Below, piece by piece: positions 57,108 through 64,000 of a stretch of 64,000 nt of DNA. How positions within the stretch are numbered: position 1 is the stretch's first letter; each line of letters starts with the position of its first letter. A program made the translations under genes and the position numbers. The notes under the pieces are model-generated. The model was given only the letters and a program-made list of their open reading frames with translations, did not search any database and was not told where the DNA came from. This stretch comes from an uncultured Acidobacteriota bacterium (GTDB lineage Bacteria; Acidobacteriota; Thermoanaerobaculia; UBA5066; DATFVB01): NCBI GenBank assembly GCA_963813155.1, contig CAWEYG010000002.1, positions 160,001 to 224,000 of the forward strand. Reading direction: 5' to 3'.

Positions 57108-57626
57108 TCATTGCCGGTCCGGCTCGAATCGAAGGAGCAGAGCTCCCGACTCGACCGTCTGGCCCGCTTCGCACTCCAGGGACGCCACCGTACCGTCCGT
57201 TTCCGAGCGAATCTCGTTCTGCATCTTCATCGCCTCCAGGATCAACAGGACATCCCCGCTCTTGACGCGGTCGCCCTTCCGCACCTTGACCTCGATGACC
57301 CGGCCCGGCATCGCAGAGAGTACCTCGCTCGAGCCCCCGGAGCTGCCCAGAGCCGCGATTTCTTCGCGCGGGTCGAAGAGCCCGAGGACGAAATCGCCGC
57401 CCCGGGTCCGGACGCGCGTGCCCCCCTTCGCGGGAGAGATCCGAGACCGCAACACGCGGCCGCTCTCGAAGATTCCGACGAACGTGCCGTCGGCACGGGG
57501 AATGAGCTCCAGCCGGTGGCGCCGGCCGCCGATCTGCGCCTCGGCCCGGTCCCCCTCGAGGCGAACCGCCATCTCGGCCGACTCCTCCGGCCCCGGCACC
57601 CCCTCGACGCGAAAGAGCCGCGTCAA
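57108..57626 (-). CDS. Biotin carboxyl carrier subunit
   Basis: SAMPGRV...LEAMKMQNEI biotinyl-lysine motif. Confidence 0.9.
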   Translation of the reverse strand: MTRLFRVEGVPGPEESAEMAVRLEGDRAEAQIGGRRHRLELIPRADGTFVGIFESGRVLRSRISPAKGGTRVRTRGGDFVLGLFDPREEIAALGSSGGSSEVLSAMPGRVIEVKVRKGDRVKSGDVLLILEAMKMQNEIRSETDGTVASLECEAGQTVESGALLLRFEPDRQ

Positions 57627-57654
57627 AGCAGGCTCGCTTTCAAACGGAGCCGCG

Positions 57655-59149
57655 TCAAGGCCGCAAGCTCCGTCGCCGCGCGTCACTCCGCCACCGCGAG
57701 ATTTCCCCCCCTGCCGGCGACGCAAAGCGTTTCTCTTCCCCGCGGGCCAGCACGGCCGCCGTGAACACCGCCTGCTCCTCGTCCCATGGCTCCGGGTCCC
57801 GAAACCGGAATCCCGCCGCGAGCCGGCGATCGAGCCACCCCGTGTCGAACCGGGCCTCCCGGAAATCCGGATCCGAGGCGAGAGCGCGAAAGAACGGAAG
57901 GGAGGTCTGGATGCCGACGATCTCGTACTCCGAGAGGGCCCGCGAGAGCCGCTCGACCGCGAGGCGGCGCGTCTCCCCGGAGACGATCAGCTTGCCGAGC
58001 ATCGGGTCGTAATCGATCGGAACGACCGAGCCCGCCTCGACGCCGAGGTCGTGCCGCACGCCCGGGCCCATCGGAAGCGCGAGCGACTCGATGCGGCCGG
58101 GAGACGGCGCGAAGTTCTTCTCCGGGTCCTCCGCGTAGAGACGGCATTCGATCGCGTGCCCGCGCGGAGCGATGCTCTCCGGCGAAAACGACAGTTTCTC
58201 TCCGAGAGCGACGGCGATCATCTCGCGGACCAGATCGACTCCCCAGACTTCCTCGGTCACCGGGTGCTCGACCTGCAGGCGCGTGTTCATCTCGAGAAAG
58301 TAGAAGCTGGAATCGGCAGAGAGCAGGAATTCCACGGTGCCGCACGAGACGTATCCGACCGCGCGGGCCGCGGCGAGGGCCGCGTCGGACATCTTCCTCC
58401 GAAGCTCGGCCCCGACGACGGGAGACGGGCATTCCTCGACGACTTTCTGGTGCCGGCGCTGGATGGAGCATTCCCGCTCCCCCACGGCGGCGGCGCCGCC
58501 CGACCCGTCGAACACGACCTGGATCTCGACATGACGGGCGCCTTCGATGAGCTTCTCCGCGTAGACGTCGGAGTCTTGAAAGAAGGACTCGGCCTCCGCG
58601 GAAGCCCGTTCGAACGACGAGGCGACTTCCTTCTCCGACCGGACGATCCGCATCCCCTTTCCGCCGCCGCCCGCCGACGCCTTGATCAGGATCGGATAGC
58701 CGTGCTTTTTCGCGAATGCGCGAATCGCGGGGAGGTCCGCGGCGCTCGACATTCCCGGCACGACGGGCACGCCCGCTTCGATCATCCGGGAGCGGGCTCG
58801 CGTCTTCGAGCCCATCGCGGAGATCGCTTCCGCGGGAGGCCCGACGAAGGTGAGACCCGCGTCTCGACAGGCGCCCGCGAAGACGGGGCTTTCGGCGAGA
58901 AAACCGTATCCGGGGTGGAGCAGGTTGGCGCGCGAGCGCGCGGCGGCCTCGAGGAGCCGATCGACCGAAAGGTACGACTCCCGCGCGGGAGCGGGGCCGA
59001 GACGGTACGCCTCGTCCGCGTAGGAAACGTGCATCGCGTCGCGATCCGCGTCGGAGTACACGGCGACCGACCGGATTCCCATCTCCCGGCAGGCTCGAAA
59101 GATCCGGACGGCGATCTCGCCCCGATTCGCGACGAGGAGCTTGCTTCAC
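57655..59149 (-). CDS. accC: Biotin carboxylase subunit of acyl-CoA carboxylase; apparent 1-nt indel right after the start
   Basis: KLLVANRGEIAVR, HPGYGFLAE, GGGGKGMR, CSIQRRHQK, EMNTRLQVEH. Confidence 0.92.
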
Positions 59150-59169
59150 AGGGGCCGCTTCGAGCCATT

Positions 59170-60717
59170 TCACAGAGGAATGTTGCCGTGCTTCTTCGGG
59201 GGAAGAGAATCGCGCTTCGTGGATGCGAAGGCGAACGCCTGGATCAGCTTCCGCCGGGTCTCCGACGGCTCGATGATCTCGTCGACGTAGCCGCGGCGCG
59301 CCGCGACGTAGGGGTTCGCGAACATGTCGATGTATTCCGCGACCTTCTTTTTCTTTTTCTCGCCGCCCGCGTCGTCGGCGAGCTCCCTCCGATACAGGAT
59401 CGCGACCGCGCCCTCGGGCCCCATCACGGCGATCTCGGCCGTCGGATAGGCAAAGTTGAAGTCCGTGCGCAGGTGCTTGGATGCCATCACGCAGTACGCT
59501 CCGCCGTACGCCTTGCGCGTGATGACCGTGACCTTCGGCACCGTCGCTTCCGCGAAGGCGAACAGGAGCTTCGCCCCGTGGCGGATGATTCCGCCGAATT
59601 CCTGTTTCGTGCCCGGCAGAAAGCCGGGGACGTCCTCGAAGACGACGAGCGGAATGTTGAACGCGTCGCAGAATCGGACGAAGCGGGCGCCCTTCACCGA
59701 GGCGTCGATGTCGAGAACGCCCGCAAGGAACGCCGGCTGGTTCGCGACGACGCCGGTCGGCCGGCCGTTGAGCCGGATGAACCCGACGAGGATGTTCCGG
59801 GCGAAATTCGCGTGGACTTCGAAAAACCGGTGCTCGTCCGCGATCGCCTCGACGAGCTTTTTCATGTCGTACGGTTTGTTGGGCTCCTCCGGGATGAACG
59901 CGTTCAACTCGGGGTCTTCGCGGTCCGGAGGGTCGGAAGTCTCCCGGCGCGGCGGGTCATCCAGGTTGTTCCCGGGAAGGAACGAAAGCAGCTCCCGGAT
60001 CGCGACGAGGACCGAGGCGTCGTCGGGACGGGAAAAATGCGCGACGCCCGAGACGGAGGAATGCGTCCGCGCTCCGCCGAGCTCCTCCTTCGTGACGGTC
60101 TCGTGCGTCACCGTCGCGATCACGTCGGGCCCGGTGACGAACATGTAGGAGGCGTTCTCCGACATGAAGATGAAATCGGTGATCGCCGGAGAATAGACCG
60201 CGCCTCCCGCGCACGGGCCGAGGATCGCGGAAATCTGCGGAACGACGCCGGACGCGAGCGTGTTGCGAAGGAAAATGTCGGCGTATCCCGCAAGCGAGAC
60301 GACGCCTTCCTGGATCCGGGCGCCTCCCGAATCGTTCAGGCCCACCAGCGGAGCGCCGTTCTTCACGGCAAGGTCCATGACTTTGCAGATCTTCTGGGCA
60401 TTCGTCTCCGAGAGCGAGCCTCCGAACACCGTGAAGTCCTGCGCGAAGACGTACACGGGGCGGCCCTCGATCAGGCCGCCGCCACAGACGACTCCGTCAC
60501 CCGGAATGTCGACCTTTTCCGCGCCGAAGTCCCGGCAGCGGTGCGACACGAGCCGATCGACCTCGAAGAACGAGCCCGGATCCAGCAGCAGGTCGAGGCG
60601 CTCCCGGGCGGTCAGCTTCCCCTCGGCGTGCTGTTTCGCAACGCGCTCGGGCCCTCCCCCTTCGGCGGAGCGCGCGCGCATCTCCTCGACGTGCGCCATC
60701 CGGCTCTCGAGCGTCAA
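59170..60717 (-). CDS. pccB: Acyl-CoA (propionyl/methylmalonyl-CoA) carboxyltransferase beta subunit
   Basis: [44 protein letters not shown]. Confidence 0.93.
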   Translation of the reverse strand: MTLESRMAHVEEMRARSAEGGGPERVAKQHAEGKLTARERLDLLLDPGSFFEVDRLVSHRCRDFGAEKVDIPGDGVVCGGGLIEGRPVYVFAQDFTVFGGSLSETNAQKICKVMDLAVKNGAPLVGLNDSGGARIQEGVVSLAGYADIFLRNTLASGVVPQISAILGPCAGGAVYSPAITDFIFMSENASYMFVTGPDVIATVTHETVTKEELGGARTHSSVSGVAHFSRPDDASVLVAIRELLSFLPGNNLDDPPRRETSDPPDREDPELNAFIPEEPNKPYDMKKLVEAIADEHRFFEVHANFARNILVGFIRLNGRPTGVVANQPAFLAGVLDIDASVKGARFVRFCDAFNIPLVVFEDVPGFLPGTKQEFGGIIRHGAKLLFAFAEATVPKVTVITRKAYGGAYCVMASKHLRTDFNFAYPTAEIAVMGPEGAVAILYRRELADDAGGEKKKKKVAEYIDMFANPYVAARRGYVDEIIEPSETRRKLIQAFAFASTKRDSLPPKKHGNIPL

Positions 60718-60992
60718 AGGACGATGCCCTTCTGCTCGGCGAGCTTCCGGCGGACCTTTCGAAAGAGCTCGTTGGAATCGACTCCCTGCGAGGAGATCTC
60801 GGCGCGGGATGCGTCCACGATGCGGCGAGCCTCCTCGTCGACGGCCCTTTCCTTGCGCGACTCGTCGGCGAAGACGGCGCGAACGGCCTCGGCGAGGGCT
60901 CCGGGCGACTTTTCCTGGAAGAGGCCTCTTCGGGCGATTCCCCGGGCGATTCGGACGGCGAGAAATTCGGTCCTGCGCTCGGCGAGGCTCAT
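60714..60992 (-). CDS. DUF507 family protein
   Basis: [12 protein letters not shown]...[11 protein letters not shown]...[17 protein letters not shown]. Confidence 0.8.
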   Translation of the reverse strand: MSLAERRTEFLAVRIARGIARRGLFQEKSPGALAEAVRAVFADESRKERAVDEEARRIVDASRAEISSQGVDSNELFRKVRRKLAEQKGIVL

Positions 60993-61046
60993 GTCGAGCG
61001 ATGCTAGCACGGTTTATTCGGCGTCTCTCCAGTACAATGCGCGCCG

Positions 61047-62393
61047 GTGACCGAACGAAAAGACCCGCCCGCGCTCGACCTGTCTCTGCTCGCCCGATGG
61101 ATCGAGCCGCTCTCGCGAGACGGGTTTGCCGATCTGTTTTTCGAATGGAAACGGGAGCTTCGCCTCTCGTGGAAAGACGGGGCCCTGCGCGGCCCGACGC
61201 TCCTTTCCGAAAACGGCGTATCCGCCCGCGGCCGCCGCGGCGACCGGCTCGTGCTCGCCGCGTCTCCCCGCGCCGACGAGGCCGGAGCGCGCGAAGTGGT
61301 CCGCCGCCTCGCGGGGCAACTTTCGTCGTCCTCGTTCCCGAAGAGCTCGGAAAAGGAACCCGACGAACCGACCGACGAATTCCCCGACTCGACGGCGTGG
61401 GTGAAAAAGCTCGGGTCGATGTTCTCCCGCGCCCTCTCTTCCGAAGGACACCGGATCGACGTTCGCCGGCTGCGATCGTCCCGGCTGATCGTCGGAGGCG
61501 CGGGCGGCCCCCACCAGTTCGAGAGGGCCCGGATCTCCGTCGGCGGAAAGGTCCTCACCGACACCCGCGGCGGGCCGAAATGGCGAAACTTCGACTTCCA
61601 TCTGCCGGAATCCGACGACGGCGCGTTCGAGGAGCTCCGCCAGCGCCTGAGGAGCCTGACTTCTCCGGGAGGCGCCGCCGTTGCGCCCGTCGAGGGCGCC
61701 ACGGACGTGCTTTTCGACAACGGCTCCGCCGCGTTCTTCTTCCACGAGGTCCTCGCCCATCCCCTGGAGGCCGACGCTCCGGCGTCGCGTCTCGCGAATC
61801 TGCAGAAGGCGCGGGTGTGCCCGCGCGAGATCGAAGTCACCGACGAGCCTTCCCGCCTCGACCTCTTCGGCGGATATCCCGTGGACGACGAGGGGGTGCC
61901 GGCGCGGCGCACGCACCTCGTCAACGCCGGCCATCTCGCTTCGCTGTTGCGCGACCGCGTGCGGTCCGACGGTCTCCACCCGTCGACCGGGAACGGCCGC
62001 CGCGCGAGCCCGTTCGACCACGCGGCTCCGCGCGGTTCCAACATCGTCGTCGGTTCGGGCGGAGCGAGCGACGGAGAAATGCTCCACCGGCTCGCCAACG
62101 GGATCCGCATCGAAGAGCTCGTCGGGGGAAGCGTCGATCCGGCGTCCGGCGAGTTTCGGCTGCGGTTCGCCGCGGCGCAGTCGATCCAGCGAGGCCGGCC
62201 GGGCCAGAGCCTGGGCCCGGGGGTCGTCCATGGCGACATCCTGGACGCCCTCGGCCAGGTCGATCCTCTCCTCGGCGTGCGGGTCAAACCCTGCCGCCAG
62301 CTCGCCTGGTGCGCGCGCGAGGGGAAGGTGCTCCCGATCGGCGGCGAGGCCCCCGCGATGATCGTCCGCCGGCTCCAGGTGAGCCCCCAGTGA
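61047..62393 (+). CDS. tldD: TldD family metalloprotease
   Basis: [13 protein letters not shown] (HExxxH), DDEG, STGNGRR, PRGSN, C-terminal Cys in WCAREG. Confidence 0.85.
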   Translation: MTERKDPPALDLSLLARWIEPLSRDGFADLFFEWKRELRLSWKDGALRGPTLLSENGVSARGRRGDRLVLAASPRADEAGAREVVRRLAGQLSSSSFPKSSEKEPDEPTDEFPDSTAWVKKLGSMFSRALSSEGHRIDVRRLRSSRLIVGGAGGPHQFERARISVGGKVLTDTRGGPKWRNFDFHLPESDDGAFEELRQRLRSLTSPGGAAVAPVEGATDVLFDNGSAAFFFHEVLAHPLEADAPASRLANLQKARVCPREIEVTDEPSRLDLFGGYPVDDEGVPARRTHLVNAGHLASLLRDRVRSDGLHPSTGNGRRASPFDHAAPRGSNIVVGSGGASDGEMLHRLANGIRIEELVGGSVDPASGEFRLRFAAAQSIQRGRPGQSLGPGVVHGDILDALGQVDPLLGVRVKPCRQLAWCAREGKVLPIGGEAPAMIVRRLQVSPQ

Positions 62394-63685
62394 GCCCCTC
62401 CGCCGAATTCGCGCTGGAACCGTTGCGCCGCCGCCTTTCAGAGCGCGCCGGGGCGCGATGGGAAATCTTCGCGAAACGCGCGGTCGCGCGCGAAGTCCGG
62501 GTCTCGCCGAAGCTCCGGGAGGAATCGGATCGCGTCGAGGAGGGATACGCGGCGCGATGGGAAGAAGGGACATCGTCCCTCTTCGCGTCGGCGACTTCCG
62601 TTTCGCTTCTTCTCGCGGGAATCGCCGAAGCCGGCCGGCTCCACGCGGGATCGCACGACCCGCTGCCTCGCCTGCCCGGCGGGCGATTCGAGAACGACGC
62701 GGCAACGACCGAGATTCCCGGGCTCGACCAGTTCGACGCGCTCTCCCAGCTGCTCGCCACCGAATCGAAGGGGCATGCCCGGCTGACCTCGCTGACGGCG
62801 GCGGGAGGCTTCGTCTTCGAGCGGCTCGAGAACGGCTCGGGCTTTCAGGGCGACCGCACCCGCGCCTTCGGGTACGGCAACGCTCGCGCCGTCGGCGTTC
62901 GGGAGAGCAAGCGCATGAGCGCGGACATCGTCTTCCCCGTGGAGTCCTCGGCGCCTCCCGATCTCGAAAAAATCGCCCAGTCGCTCGCGGACCGGTGCCT
63001 GATTCCTCTCCGCGGATCGGGTTCGCCGTTTCCCCGAGGCGAGCTCCTGCTCGACCCGTCGGTCTCGGCGCTCCTGCTATCGGCGACGCTGCCGCTCTTT
63101 TGCGGCGACGAGCACCGGCTCCTGTTGTCGCGAAAATATCTCGACCGCGCGGGACGGTTCGCCGCGTCGGCCGTCTCGATCCTCGACGACGCGAGCCGCG
63201 AATATCCGTTCGATGGCGAGGGAATCCCCGTGCGACGAAATTCCGTCGTGGAGGGCGGAATTTTCCGCGGGCGCCTTCACGACCTCGGTTCGGCTGCCCG
63301 AACGGGGGAAGAACCCACGGGCAACGCGATCCGCGGCTCGTTTCGCTTTCCGCCCCGCCCGGGCAGCGCACGTTTCCTGCTCCTGAGCCGGGCGGCGGAG
63401 TCCCCCGCCGCTCTGCTCGGCCGCGTCACGCGGGGAATCTACGCGACGGCCGCCTGCGCTCCGGTTCGGGTCGATCTCGAGAGCGACCAGTACCGGCTGG
63501 AGGTCGAAGGCTGGGCGCTACAGGCCGGCCGCGCGAAGGCGCCCGTCGCGTCCGCGACGGTGCGGGGACGCCTTTCGGAATTCTGGCGAACGCTCTCCGG
63601 GGTCGGAGACGACCTGCGGTGGTTTCCGCTTTCCACGACGACGGGGGCGCCGACTCTTCTTCTCCCGCGAGTCGTTTTCGGCTGA
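62390..63685 (+). CDS. tldE: TldE/PmbA family protein
   Basis: PFDGEG, TGNAIR, no HExxH, GAPTL; GTGA overlap with tldD. Confidence 0.8.
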   Translation: MSPSAEFALEPLRRRLSERAGARWEIFAKRAVAREVRVSPKLREESDRVEEGYAARWEEGTSSLFASATSVSLLLAGIAEAGRLHAGSHDPLPRLPGGRFENDAATTEIPGLDQFDALSQLLATESKGHARLTSLTAAGGFVFERLENGSGFQGDRTRAFGYGNARAVGVRESKRMSADIVFPVESSAPPDLEKIAQSLADRCLIPLRGSGSPFPRGELLLDPSVSALLLSATLPLFCGDEHRLLLSRKYLDRAGRFAASAVSILDDASREYPFDGEGIPVRRNSVVEGGIFRGRLHDLGSAARTGEEPTGNAIRGSFRFPPRPGSARFLLLSRAAESPAALLGRVTRGIYATAACAPVRVDLESDQYRLEVEGWALQAGRAKAPVASATVRGRLSEFWRTLSGVGDDLRWFPLSTTTGAPTLLLPRVVFG

Positions 63686-63704
63686 CCTCTCGTTCGCGAC
63701 GAGG

Positions 63705-63998
63705 TCAACGGGGCGGAGGCGGCGGTTCCTCTTCCGGCGGAGGAGGCTCCGGAGTGGCTTCCGGCGGCGGCTGGTCTGCCGCCGGCGGAGGAGGGGCGGG
63801 CGCCGGTTGCGCCGGCGCGGGAGCCGCCTGGGGAGGAAATTGAGTCCGGGGACGCGGCGTGAACGCCCGCGAGCGGTTGAAGACGCTGGGCCGGCGCTGC
63901 GCGCGGCCCCCCGCGGGCTGCTGTTCCGCCCCGGCGGGCGACGAGGGCCCCGCGCTCTGAGGAACCGTCACGACGACCGCGGAAGCGGGAGGGGGTGT
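63705..63998 (-). CDS. Pro-rich C-terminal fragment of a protein truncated by the window edge
   Basis: Frame open to the window end; PPPP/PAPA low-complexity tail. Confidence 0.55.
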   Translation of the reverse strand, partial: TPPPASAVVVTVPQSAGPSSPAGAEQQPAGGRAQRRPSVFNRSRAFTPRPRTQFPPQAAPAPAQPAPAPPPPAADQPPPEATPEPPPPEEEPPPPPR

Positions 63999-64000
63999 GG

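Noticed and set aside
61047-63685. TldD/TldE as part of a RiPP cluster
   Set aside because: No YcaO, precursor or transporter nearby; consistent with a housekeeping pair
1-64000. CRISPR arrays, tRNA/rRNA genes, integrases, transposases or prophage
   Set aside because: No repeat-spacer periodicity, cloverleaf or mobile-element motifs found by eye; intergenic spaces are short

Overview
High-GC (roughly 68-70% by eye), gene-dense bacterial chromosome segment. Gene content (Oar-type TonB receptors, MacB-type permeases, DUF507, DUF4388, BoxB-like diiron protein) suggests Acidobacteriota, probably Thermoanaerobaculia-like; this is an inference. About 66 CDS, mostly housekeeping and envelope genes: macAB-like exporter, cytochrome b/Mo-oxidoreductase, TPR-glmU-glmS-uvrD, mutY, msrB, galU, moeA, a FabF-methyltransferase-FAD oxidoreductase cluster, a DEAD-box helicase, an acyl-CoA carboxylase operon, tldD/tldE and three TonB-dependent receptors. 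I saw no rRNA, tRNA, CRISPR array, integrase or transposase. At least seven genes carry frameshifts that look like long-read indel errors. Most notable observations: (1) an orphan phage tail-tube (gp19/Hcp-like) protein with a Sec signal peptide, hidden by a frameshift (17181-17655); (2) a dispersed family of covarying, highly structured intergenic elements (5322-5700 and 34437-34581); (3) pervasive leaderless-gene architecture, with a TAnnnT box 6-8 nt before the start codon; (4) a secreted protein ending in an RPPP motif upstream of a TonB receptor whose RBS can be sequestered in a hairpin; (5) a FabF-type ketosynthase in a gene context where a type III PKS is usually found. All family assignments come from motif recognition by eye, not database searches.
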